A DNA stretch of 38,884 nucleotides from an uncultured Pirellulales bacterium (GTDB lineage Bacteria; Planctomycetota; Phycisphaerae; Sedimentisphaerales; Anaerobacaceae), in contig CAZYMD010000015.1 of assembly GCA_964649005.1 (NCBI GenBank), forward strand, positions 1-38,884. The letters are read 5' to 3'. The translations under genes were made by a program, and so were the position numbers. How positions within the stretch are numbered: the stretch's first letter is position 1; each line of letters starts with the position of its first letter. Positions 15,862 through 24,720 of the stretch are shown in pieces. The notes below the pieces were generated by a model. It worked only from the letters and a program-made list of their open reading frames with translations, was not told where the DNA came from and searched no databases.

Positions 15862-17226
15862 CTATCCCTCGAATTCCATAACGTGCAGTTTCCGCGGCTT
15901 CTTCCACTGTCCTCTCGTGAAATCGGGAAAGTCCACAGGCTTGCCGCGATTCGCAGCCGACTGCTCCGACAACCCCACAACCGCCGACCATGCAACCGCA
16001 TCGTACACATTCGTATCCGTCGGCCTGCCCGTATTCAACGCCTCGATAAGGCGATAATCCTCGATGAAGTCCATCCCCCCGTGCCCTGCGCCCTTTGCTC
16101 TCTCCTGCATCGCCTTCCATAGCGGATGGTCGTACTCGCTGTACTTGTTCAACTCTTCCCAGCCGTGCCCGGGGCTCTTGCCCTCGATATGAATCTTGCC
16201 TTCAGGATACTTGCGGACAATCCCCTTCGTCCCCTGAACCAGAACGTCCCTGCTGTAAGGTCTTGGCAGATTCGTATCGTGCTTGACGATAATCGTCTTG
16301 CCCTTCTTGGTGCGAATCAGCGAGGTGTTGACGTCGCCGAGCTTGTAGGTTTCCTTCCGCTTGGGGTCGTTCTCCGGATAGTGCTCTTTCGCGTATTCGT
16401 ACAAACCGCGTGAATTGCAGCTCATCGAAACCAGATAATCGAATGCATCGCCTCGGTTGATGTCCATGCACTGCGCGATCGGTCCCAGCCCATGGGTCGG
16501 ATACAGATTGCAGTTCCTCTTCTTCGAGTGCTCGCGTCTCCATAGCCCTTCCCCGCCGGCACCGAACTTGACGCCACGCAGATCGTGCAAATACCCGCAC
16601 TCGCCATGTAATATTTCACCGAACAATCCCTGCTTGACCATATTGAGTATCTGCATCTCAGGTCCGTCGTAGCAGCAGTTTTCCATCAGCAAGCAGTGCC
16701 TCTGGGTTTTCTCAGCAGTCTCGACCATCTCCCAGCACTCCTCCGTCGTGAAGGCCGCATTGACCTCCGTCGCCGCGTGCTTGCCGCTGCGCATCGCCGC
16801 CAGACACACCGGAACGTGCCACTCCCAGGGCGTCGCCGTGTAGACCAGATCGAGATCCTCATTCTCGCACATACGCTTGAAGTCCCAGTCCCCCTTGCTA
16901 TACCCCGCCGGCTTTGGAAAACCGGCACCCTGTACCGACTTTTGAATCCGCTCGACCTTTCCAGGCACAATATCGCAGACCGCCGCAATCTGACAGCCCT
17001 TGATCTTCAGGAGGTTCCCTACGTGAGCCGAACCCATCCCGCCGACGCCAACATACCCAATGCGAACGTTTTCAATAGGCGGAACTTTGAACTCTATCAT
17101 GGGGCTCGTTGAAAGCTCCCTCGCATTCGCCGCACCGTTCATGATTGCATTTATCGCGGCCACACCCATTCCGGCCGCCGCTCCCGCCTTGATGAAATCT
17201 CTGCGATTTACATTAGTCATTACCAA
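15862..17226 (-). CDS. Tat-exported Gfo/Idh/MocA-family oxidoreductase (GH109-like / glycoside 3-dehydrogenase-like)
   Basis: Twin-arginine signal NRRDFIKAGAAAGMGVAAINA followed by the Rossmann motif VRIGYVGVGGMGSAHV. The ~450-aa length is typical of GH109-like periplasmic Gfo/Idh proteins. Confidence 0.85.
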   Translation of the reverse strand: MVMTNVNRRDFIKAGAAAGMGVAAINAIMNGAANARELSTSPMIEFKVPPIENVRIGYVGVGGMGSAHVGNLLKIKGCQIAAVCDIVPGKVERIQKSVQGAGFPKPAGYSKGDWDFKRMCENEDLDLVYTATPWEWHVPVCLAAMRSGKHAATEVNAAFTTEECWEMVETAEKTQRHCLLMENCCYDGPEMQILNMVKQGLFGEILHGECGYLHDLRGVKFGAGGEGLWRREHSKKRNCNLYPTHGLGPIAQCMDINRGDAFDYLVSMSCNSRGLYEYAKEHYPENDPKRKETYKLGDVNTSLIRTKKGKTIIVKHDTNLPRPYSRDVLVQGTKGIVRKYPEGKIHIEGKSPGHGWEELNKYSEYDHPLWKAMQERAKGAGHGGMDFIEDYRLIEALNTGRPTDTNVYDAVAWSAVVGLSEQSAANRGKPVDFPDFTRGQWKKPRKLHVMEFEG

Positions 17227-17455
17227 ATCTCCGAATTATGTCGTTTCATGGCCCTAAGTTCAGCACACCAGCCGAGAATCAAATCTCGTCCACCGAAAGT
17301 ATATACCATTCGACGCCACACTTCCACCAGTTTCATAAAGCCCCCCAAGCTTGTCCCGCATAAACCAAAACCAGGACAAAGACCATCATTGCCTGTATAC
17401 TGTCGGTGTCCGAGCAGGCATTATTCATACAAGAACCGTATTAAAGCATGCAATT

Positions 17456-18613
17456 ATGATGATCAGCCGAGAAAGACTGTTCGCCACATTAAATGGTGAC
17501 CCCGTAGATCGTCCCGCCGTAAGCTTCTATGAAATCGGTGGCTTGACAATGGACCCCTCGAATCCGGACCCGTTCAACATCTATAGCGATCCTTCCTGGC
17601 TTGCCCTTTTAAAGCTGGCCGAGCAGCGCACCGACCTGATACGCATGCGCAGCCCCATCAGACCGCAATCACACCAGCAGTGGGACAATTCGATACAATC
17701 ATGCCAAAGCGATATCTGCAAAACAGAGCAGCACCTTGAGAATGGCTGCCTGATGACGCGGACAATCCTGAACGTGGCGGGTGTAACATTGAGTTCCCTG
17801 ACCCGCCGCGACCCCGATATCGATACGGTCTGGACCGTCGAACACCTGCTCAAGAGCACCGAAGATATCCACGCATACATGGAGCTGCCCGACGAATTCT
17901 TCACTGAGACAATCGACATCTCGCCATTGGTCGAGGAGGAAACTTCCCTTGGCAATCGCGGAATTGTAATGGTTGACACCGAAGACCCGTTATGCGCCGT
18001 CGCCACCCTTTTCAACATGGAAGACTTCACCGTTTTCGCCATGACCGAAAACAAGCTGTGTCACCGCTTGCTGGAAAAATGCGCCCGCTATATCCACCGC
18101 AGAACCGAGCAGACATCCCGCCTGTTCCCCGGTCATTTGTGGCGCATCTATGGTCCCGAGTTTGCAACCGAACCATACCTTCCGCCCAGCTTGTTCGACG
18201 AATATGTAGTCCGCTACGATGGCCCGATGATCGACATGATCCATAAACACGCCGGCTTCGCCCGCATTCACATTCATGGCAAAATTTGCAATATCCTCCA
18301 GTCAGTTATCCGAATGGGCGCCGACGCAATCGATCCGATAGAGCCGCCCCCCCAGGGCGACGTCGATCTTGGATTCGTGCGCAGCAAGTATGGCGAAAAC
18401 CTCGTGTTGTTCGGCAACCTTGAAATCGCCGACATCGAAAACATGGAACCGAATCAGTTCGAAACTCTCGTTCGAAACACTCTCGCAGAAGGAACTGCAG
18501 GCCAGGGCAGAGGCTTCGTACTAATGCCCTCGGCAAGCCCCTACGGCAGAAAGATTAGCTTGCGTACAATGCAGAATTATGAAACCATTATCCGTGTTGT
18601 TGAAGAGTATTGA
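17456..18613 (+). CDS. Uroporphyrinogen-decarboxylase (URO-D)-like family protein (MtaA/CmuA-like fold), function unknown
   Basis: ISRERLFATLNGDPVDRPAV at the N-terminus and the C-terminal pattern IHIHGKICNILQSVIRMGADAIDPIEP...LFGNLEI resemble URO-D-family TIM barrels. The start is placed at the internal ATG 17456; the ORF-track start at 17351 gives a non-conserved leader. Confidence 0.6.
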   Translation: MMISRERLFATLNGDPVDRPAVSFYEIGGLTMDPSNPDPFNIYSDPSWLALLKLAEQRTDLIRMRSPIRPQSHQQWDNSIQSCQSDICKTEQHLENGCLMTRTILNVAGVTLSSLTRRDPDIDTVWTVEHLLKSTEDIHAYMELPDEFFTETIDISPLVEEETSLGNRGIVMVDTEDPLCAVATLFNMEDFTVFAMTENKLCHRLLEKCARYIHRRTEQTSRLFPGHLWRIYGPEFATEPYLPPSLFDEYVVRYDGPMIDMIHKHAGFARIHIHGKICNILQSVIRMGADAIDPIEPPPQGDVDLGFVRSKYGENLVLFGNLEIADIENMEPNQFETLVRNTLAEGTAGQGRGFVLMPSASPYGRKISLRTMQNYETIIRVVEEY

Positions 18614-18698
18614 GTAAATGTATTCACGACACGAGCCTTACAAGCCCAACGACAGAGGACCGGGACATCCGCCCCAGGGCATACCGGGAGGCACAGAA

Positions 18699-20882
18699 AT
18701 GCGAAAGCACATACAAAAGGTAACCGCATCCTTCGCTGCTTTGTTAGTAATTACCCTGCCGGCTGCGGTGGCGACAGGCCTTTCAATGAGCACCGGTCCT
18801 GCTCTGCAATTCCCAGGGCCTGCCCCGGGCTCTGCGAAAGCCCAAATCGTCGGCGATAATGCCACGCTCGAAAATAGCGTGATCGCCGTAACATGGCGAA
18901 TGGGAGAGACACCCCTGAAATCATGGGCCGCAACCGACAAGCTCTCAGGCGAAACCATAAAAGGCAACGAAGCTTTCACCATCATCCTCGAAGATGAACG
19001 AACTCTAAAGGCTTCCGATCTGAAAATAACCGGTAAACCCCACATCGAAGAACTGTCGCCAAAGCCCGGCTCCTTGAGATTGTCTGATCGATTCGCCGGG
19101 CAGTGCCTCTCATTGTCTTTTACCGATAAGCAGGAAGACCTGAACATTCACTGGCAGGCCGTTCTCCGGGATGGCTCCAACTACATCCGCCAGATCGTTA
19201 CCATCAAAGCCGTTGGCAAAGAGATTGCGATCAAGCAAATCATCCTGACCGATTTTGTGTGCCGCGATGCAAAGGTCGTCGGCAGCGTTGCAGGCTCGCC
19301 TATCGTCGCAGCCCAAATGTTCTTCGCCTGCGAGCATCCCAACGCAAAAAGCACCGTTGAAGACATCCTCTCTGCCATTCCAACTAAAGCCGACAACGCT
19401 CTTTCTGTCATTCCAACCAAAGCCAACGAAGCTCTTCCTGTCATTTCGACCGGAGTGAGCAAAGCGAACGTAGCGGAGAAATCTGGATCCGTATCCAGAT
19501 GTGCCCTTACCCACAACATTACACTCCGTCCGAACCAAACCCAGACTCAATCGTCTGTAATCGGCATCGCCCCCAAGGGCCAACTGCGCAGAGCATTCGC
19601 CTGTTACATCGAATACGAGCGACCCAGGCCCTTCAAGCCCTTCCTGCACTACAACTCGTGGTATGACATCGCCTGGGCGGATCGCAAGATGAACGAGCAG
19701 CAATGCCTCAACGTCATCGAAAATTTCGGCAAAAATCTCACTCAGGCACACGGCGTGAATCTCGATTCGTTTGTGTTCGACGATGGCTGGGACGATAACG
19801 AGACGCTCTGGGGCTTCCACAAAGGATTCCCCAACGGCTTCACCCCGCTCGTGCAGCCTGCGAAAAAATACAACTCCGCGATAGGTGTGTGGCTCTCACC
19901 TTGGGGTGGCTATGGCCAGGCTAAAGCCGAACGCATGAAATATGGCCTGACACAGGGTTTCGAGACCAACCGCAACGGCTTTTCGCTGGCCGGACCGAAA
20001 TATTACGCTCGCTTCCGCGACGTCTGCGCCGATATGATAAAACGCTACGACGTCAACTACTTCAAGTTCGACGGAGTCGGAATAGGCAACGACCGCAGCG
20101 GCGCCGACGACGAATTCCTGCCGGACATCGAGGGCCTGCTCAAGCTGTGCACCGAGCTTCGGCAAATACGCCCCGACGTCTATCTGAGCATCACAACGGG
20201 CACCTGGCCCTCGCCGTACTGGCTCTTCTATGGCGATTCTATCTGGCGCAATGGTCAGGACTGTGGCTTTCATGGCGCAGGGGCAATGAGGCAGCAATGG
20301 ATCACCTACCGCGACATGATAACCTTTCGCATGATTGTCCACCGTGCCCCCCTCTATCCGCTCAACTCGCTCATGGTACAGGGCATCTGCTATGCCCAGC
20401 TCGGCACCGCCACCCGTATGGCAAACGACCTCGGCGACATCGTCGACGAAATTAACATGCTCTTCGGATCTGGCACCCAGTTGCAGGAGCTTTACGTCAC
20501 CCCTCAGATGATGACCCCGCCCATGTGGGCCGCTCTCGCCCGTGCCGCTTCCTGGTCGCGTGAAAATACCGATACGCTCGTCGATGTGCACTGGATCGGA
20601 GGCGATCCCGGAAACGCAGAAGTTTATGGATACGCATCTTGGTCGCCCCATAAAGCAATCCTCGTGTTGCGAAATCCGAGCGAGAAAAAAACAAGCTTCA
20701 GCGTGGACGTTCAACAAGTATTCGAACTGCCCCCCAGCGCCCCTCAACGCTACGAACTGAAAAATCCGTTGAAACAGGATAACGCTCAATCTCTAACCCT
20801 AATGCTCCAGGCAGGCCAGCCACACAATTTCGACCTGGCCCCGTTTGAAGCCCTAATTCTCGAAGCCTTGCCGATTGAGTAA
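18699..20882 (+). CDS. Secreted glycoside hydrolase, clan GH-D-like (alpha-galactosidase / alpha-N-acetylgalactosaminidase-like, GH27/36-type motifs)
   Basis: Signal peptide MRKHIQKVTASFAALLVITLPAAVA from ATG 18699 (RBS GGGAGG). FVFDDGWDD (DDGW-type motif) and VNYFKFDGVG (KxD nucleophile-type motif). The family assignment is approximate. Confidence 0.6.
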   Translation: MRKHIQKVTASFAALLVITLPAAVATGLSMSTGPALQFPGPAPGSAKAQIVGDNATLENSVIAVTWRMGETPLKSWAATDKLSGETIKGNEAFTIILEDERTLKASDLKITGKPHIEELSPKPGSLRLSDRFAGQCLSLSFTDKQEDLNIHWQAVLRDGSNYIRQIVTIKAVGKEIAIKQIILTDFVCRDAKVVGSVAGSPIVAAQMFFACEHPNAKSTVEDILSAIPTKADNALSVIPTKANEALPVISTGVSKANVAEKSGSVSRCALTHNITLRPNQTQTQSSVIGIAPKGQLRRAFACYIEYERPRPFKPFLHYNSWYDIAWADRKMNEQQCLNVIENFGKNLTQAHGVNLDSFVFDDGWDDNETLWGFHKGFPNGFTPLVQPAKKYNSAIGVWLSPWGGYGQAKAERMKYGLTQGFETNRNGFSLAGPKYYARFRDVCADMIKRYDVNYFKFDGVGIGNDRSGADDEFLPDIEGLLKLCTELRQIRPDVYLSITTGTWPSPYWLFYGDSIWRNGQDCGFHGAGAMRQQWITYRDMITFRMIVHRAPLYPLNSLMVQGICYAQLGTATRMANDLGDIVDEINMLFGSGTQLQELYVTPQMMTPPMWAALARAASWSRENTDTLVDVHWIGGDPGNAEVYGYASWSPHKAILVLRNPSEKKTSFSVDVQQVFELPPSAPQRYELKNPLKQDNAQSLTLMLQAGQPHNFDLAPFEALILEALPIE
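19398..19490 (+). repeat. Three imperfect in-frame tandem copies of a ~33-nt unit inside the glycosidase CDS, encoding SAIPTKADNAL / SVIPTKANEAL / PVISTGVSKANVAE
   Basis: tgccattccaactaaagccgacaacgctcttTC / tgtcattccaaccaaagccaacgaagctcttCC / tgtcatttcgaccggagtgagcaaagcgaacg. The last unit resembles the intergenic sequence at 22541-22570. Confidence 0.6.
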
Positions 20883-20898
20883 AACAATAGGAGACAAC

Positions 20899-22527
20899 AT
20901 GAACAAAAAACTACTCGCAATAGTGCTCAGCATCATCAGCATAACCGTTTGCTATTCGAGAAACGCGTCTATGGCTGCACAGATGAACGAACAAATAAAT
21001 ATCGTCCCCCAGCCTGCCTCCATCAAACAGTCGGCTGGTCGCTTTGTTATTACGCCTTCAACAAAGATCGTAGCCGAAGACATCGCTGTTGCAGAGGCGA
21101 GAAAACTCATAAACGCCCTGGAGCCAGCGATGGGCTTTCGCCTGAACCTGATCGAAGTTTCACAAAGCATGCAAAATTGCATTCGGCTGAATATCGAATC
21201 TTCAATGAAAAACAAACTTGGCGACGAAGGTTACACCCTTAAGGTGACTTCTCAAACCATTACCATCAGCGCAATCAAACCCGCAGGCTTGTTCTATGGC
21301 ATCCAGACACTAAGGCAATTGTTGCCTCCCGCTATTTTCAACAAACAGAAAGTCGATGAAGTTGAATGGGCCATACCTTGTGTCAATATAACCGATTATC
21401 CCCGATTCGAATGGCGAGGCCTTCTGATCGATCCGGCCAGACACTTCATCACCAGAGAAAACGCCCAGCAGTTTATCGACCTGATGGCCCTGCACAAACT
21501 CAACCGTCTTCAGATACACCTGACCGACGATCACGGCTGGCGCATTGAAATCAAAAAATACCCCCAACTCACCCAAACAGGCTCGCGAATGAACTTCACG
21601 ATAATGCATCACGGCGGTTCGCCAAAGTCGGACTGGTTCTACACACAGGACGATATTCGCAAGCTCGTCCGTTACGCCGCGGATCGTTATATCACCATCG
21701 TGCCAGAAATCGAAATGCCAGCCCACACAGGCGGCGCCATCGTCTCCTACCCCCAAGTCGCTCTATACCCGGAAAAACTAAGCGCCCTTGCCCCCGATAA
21801 ACGCTGGACCGCACACGAATATGTAATCGCACCGAGGCCCCAAACCGTCGTTTTCCTGCAGGATGTCCTCACCGAAATAATGCAACTGTTCCCCGGAAAA
21901 TACATACACATCGGAGGCGATGAGGCGAACACCAGCCACTGGAAGCAGAGCGAAGAAATGCAGGAACTAATCCGCAAGCTGAATCTCAAGGATGAGGCCG
22001 GGCTTCATAGCTGGTTTATTCAACAGATGGATACCTTCCTTGCCGAACACAATAGACGCCTGCTCGGCTGGGACGAAATCCTCCAGGGAGGCCTCGCTCC
22101 CGGCGCAACCGTGATGTCATGGCGCGGCGAACAGGGCGGAATCACCGCCGCAAACGCAGGCCACGACGTCGTAATGGCCCCAACCTCGCACACCTATTTC
22201 GACTACTACCAGGGCCCTCCCGAAAAGGAGCCCAAAGCCATAGGAGGCTTTGTCCCCCTCGAAAAAGTCTACCAATACGAGCCTGTCCCCAAAGCCGTCG
22301 CCCCCGATAAGGTCAAACACATCCTCGGCGTCCAGGCCCAGTTGTGGGGCGAGTATATCTCCACCCCCGAGCATCTCCAGTACATGGCCTATCCCCGCGG
22401 CGTAGCGCTGGCGGAGATCGCATGGTCGCCGAAAGACTCGAAAAATTATGAACGCTTTCTGATCAGACTCCGACACCACCTGTTGCGCCTCAGCGTAATG
22501 GAAGTCAACTTCAGAAAGCTCGACTAA
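20899..22527 (+). CDS. Beta-N-acetylhexosaminidase, glycoside hydrolase family 20
   Basis: Signal peptide MNKKLLAIVLSIISITVCY from ATG 20899 (RBS AGGAGA). GH20 catalytic motif YIHIGGDEANTSHW (H-x-G-G-D-E). RFEWRGLLIDPARHF marks the start of the (beta/alpha)8 barrel. Confidence 0.85.
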   Translation: MNKKLLAIVLSIISITVCYSRNASMAAQMNEQINIVPQPASIKQSAGRFVITPSTKIVAEDIAVAEARKLINALEPAMGFRLNLIEVSQSMQNCIRLNIESSMKNKLGDEGYTLKVTSQTITISAIKPAGLFYGIQTLRQLLPPAIFNKQKVDEVEWAIPCVNITDYPRFEWRGLLIDPARHFITRENAQQFIDLMALHKLNRLQIHLTDDHGWRIEIKKYPQLTQTGSRMNFTIMHHGGSPKSDWFYTQDDIRKLVRYAADRYITIVPEIEMPAHTGGAIVSYPQVALYPEKLSALAPDKRWTAHEYVIAPRPQTVVFLQDVLTEIMQLFPGKYIHIGGDEANTSHWKQSEEMQELIRKLNLKDEAGLHSWFIQQMDTFLAEHNRRLLGWDEILQGGLAPGATVMSWRGEQGGITAANAGHDVVMAPTSHTYFDYYQGPPEKEPKAIGGFVPLEKVYQYEPVPKAVAPDKVKHILGVQAQLWGEYISTPEHLQYMAYPRGVALAEIAWSPKDSKNYERFLIRLRHHLLRLSVMEVNFRKLD

Positions 22528-22540
22528 CTCGCATTCTTTG

Positions 22541-22700
22541 TTATCTCAACCGGAGTGAGCACGGCGAACGCGCTCTTTATATTTCGACCGAGGCCGAAGG
22601 CTGAGCTGAGAAATATGGTATTAGAATCAGAGATTTTATCACAAATTTGCAGGTATGTCACCAGTGCGTTGCCAGATTCCTCGGCTGCGCTCGGAATGAC
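22541..22700. repeat. Intergenic region carrying a copy of the tcaaccggagtgagcacggcgaacg element (22541-22570) and a GATTCC...GGAATGAC hairpin-family element (22675-22700)
   Basis: ~30 of 36 nt match 19437-19472. gattcctcggctgcgctcggaatgac shares both ends with the 7694-7718 element. Confidence 0.5.
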
Positions 22701-22867
22701 GTAGGCACCCCGTGTCACTCAGGCCGCCCGAAATCAGCCTCCGGCTCGATCCGCTATTTCGAACGCCTGCGAATAGCGATTCCGATGCACAAGGCGAGCC
22801 CGCCATACAAAACCACGCAGCCGAACACAAACATTATCCATGCAGATAAAGGCATAATGAATTACCC

Positions 22868-24346
22868 TCACAGATGTTCAGATTTCCAGGGTCGCTTCCA
22901 CAACACATATCCCAGAACGCCCAAAAACAACAACGTCCCCCAGCCTCCGATCAGCGTGGTCCACCGTGGATAGTCTTCATATCCCTTGGTGATCTCATCC
23001 CTGAGGTTGCCCGCGAGTATGACCAGCAGGATAACGGGCGTGACATACCGCAACGCCCAGATCCACCACCTGCCCAAATGCACCTCCGACTGTGAGTTGA
23101 GATAATCACGAAACTCTCCGACCCGATAAAGGTAGCCGACGACAATACATTGCACCAGCCCCGATATGACCAGTCCGAAGTCGCATATCCATTTGTCCAC
23201 GATGTCGAACCAGAAGTATCCGCCTCGCGTAACGAAAACAAGTGAAAGAGGAAACGCGACCAGTACGAAATAGCGTGCGAGCTTCTCGGGTGGGATGCGC
23301 CACTTGTCGTTGAAGCCGGTAGTAAAAGCCTCCTGCAGCGCAAAGGCGGAATCTATACCCAGCGTCAGCAGCGTAACGAAGAAGATAACGCCGAACAGAA
23401 CATTGAAGGCTGGCAACTGACTGATGGCGGTTGGAAATGCGAGAAAGGCCAGCCCTGTCCCGCTGTTCGTCACATCAGGCACTGGCAATCCCTGCACTTT
23501 CGCCAGATATCCCAGCATGGAAAAGACCACGAATCCCGAGAAGAAGCTCGTCCCGCAGTTCGCCAGGCCCGTAATGAACGCGCTGTTGGTTATCTCAGCC
23601 TTCTTGCCCAGATAGGAGCCATAGCCAATCATCACACCGGACGCCAGGCTAAGCGAAAAGAATATCTGCCCGTAAGCGCGGAGCCAGATATTCAGATCCT
23701 TCAGTTTGCTGAAATCAGGCGTCAAATAATATCGAATTCCGTCCATCGCCCCAGGCAGCGTCAACCCGCGAATCAGCAATATCGCCAACAGCACCATAGG
23801 CAATGGCACCGTCACCATCACAACCTTGCTCACACTCCGCACGCCCCTTCGCAGGATCAGATAGATCGCCAGCCACGTAAGGGCCATCCCGATCACCAGC
23901 GGAAGGACGGGCCAACCGATTTCAGCCGGGCCGGAGCTGCGATGCAGTACGTTCTGTACGAAGAACGTCTCAGGCTGATCGCCCCACGACAGATGCAGAG
24001 AATGCCACAGATATACCCACGACCAGGCGAGAATCGTACAGTAGTATATGACGATGGCTGCACTAAGCCCTGCCGCCCACCAGCCGAACCACTCAAGAGG
24101 CTTTCGCACCGATCCGAAAGCGAGAGGCGCACCTTTCTGCAGCCGCTGCCCCAGCCCCATCTCAAGTATCAGCATGGGAATGCCTGCGGTGAACAACGCC
24201 ACAAAATATGGAATCAGAAACGCCCCGCCCCCGCTGCTGTATGCAACATAAGGAAAACGCCAGACGTTCCCCAGCCCGACCGCCGATCCGACCGCAGCCA
24301 TAATGAAAGACGTCCTGCTATGCCACTGTTCGCGAGTCTCTGCCAT
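22868..24346 (-). CDS. Sodium-dependent transporter, NSS (SNF/SLC6) family
   Basis: N-terminus WHSRTSFIMAAVGSAVGLGNVWRFPYVAYSSGGGAFLIPYFVALF is the NSS-family signature. The protein is 492 aa with ~12 TM segments. Confidence 0.9.
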   Translation of the reverse strand: MAETREQWHSRTSFIMAAVGSAVGLGNVWRFPYVAYSSGGGAFLIPYFVALFTAGIPMLILEMGLGQRLQKGAPLAFGSVRKPLEWFGWWAAGLSAAIVIYYCTILAWSWVYLWHSLHLSWGDQPETFFVQNVLHRSSGPAEIGWPVLPLVIGMALTWLAIYLILRRGVRSVSKVVMVTVPLPMVLLAILLIRGLTLPGAMDGIRYYLTPDFSKLKDLNIWLRAYGQIFFSLSLASGVMIGYGSYLGKKAEITNSAFITGLANCGTSFFSGFVVFSMLGYLAKVQGLPVPDVTNSGTGLAFLAFPTAISQLPAFNVLFGVIFFVTLLTLGIDSAFALQEAFTTGFNDKWRIPPEKLARYFVLVAFPLSLVFVTRGGYFWFDIVDKWICDFGLVISGLVQCIVVGYLYRVGEFRDYLNSQSEVHLGRWWIWALRYVTPVILLVILAGNLRDEITKGYEDYPRWTTLIGGWGTLLFLGVLGYVLWKRPWKSEHL

Positions 24347-24556
24347 TTTCCTGCTCTTCCAAGGTTACAGCCACCAGGGCTCGTGCCACATAAGATAATT
24401 AAAGATAATGGAGTGCGCTGAAAAAAAGAAGCAGAAAAGAAGCAAAACATTCGTGCGCCAAAAATCGAGGCCGCTTCGTGATAGAAAAAGCTTCTCACCT
24501 GCCCACCCGCCTCATATCTCCAGAGATTCTAATAATACCTATCTTACGCTTTTTTT

Positions 24557-24578
24557 CATTCCCGTGAAAGCGGTAATA
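24557..24578. repeat. Degenerate copy of the hairpin repeat: tcattcccgtgaaagcggtaat
   Basis: It matches GTCATTCCCGCGAAAGCGGGAAT (the reverse complement of 7694-7718) with ~4 mismatches. Confidence 0.4.
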
Positions 24579-24720
24579 CAGGATGTTTTGTTAGAGCCTA
24601 TAAGCGCAAGACCGCTCGCCCACCGATAGCGTATTGCATCTTCGGCCATATACCGTAGAATCCACATGTAGAAATAGTCACCGACCAGGCTATCGCCACC
24701 TAAAATGAAAGGTACTGACT

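Noticed and set aside
14973-16010. Extended 345-aa version of the TIM-barrel isomerase starting at 16010
   Set aside because: The N-terminal 64 residues (MCTMRLHGRRLWGCRSS...) are Arg/Trp-rich, overlap the upstream Gfo/Idh gene 3' end and are not conserved-looking. The internal ATG at 15816 begins the canonical MKISASYWMFEGG start.
18618-18698. Upstream extension of the glycosidase (MYSRHEPYKPNDRGPGHPPQGIPGGTE)
   Set aside because: The Pro/Gly-rich leader precedes a perfect signal peptide that has its own GGGAGG RBS at ATG 18699. The extension is likely untranslated.
19110-20789. Minus-strand ORFs 19110..19820 and 19896..20789 antisense to the glycosidase gene
   Set aside because: They are shadow ORFs in a high-GC coding region. 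The plus-strand product has a signal peptide and GH-type motifs.
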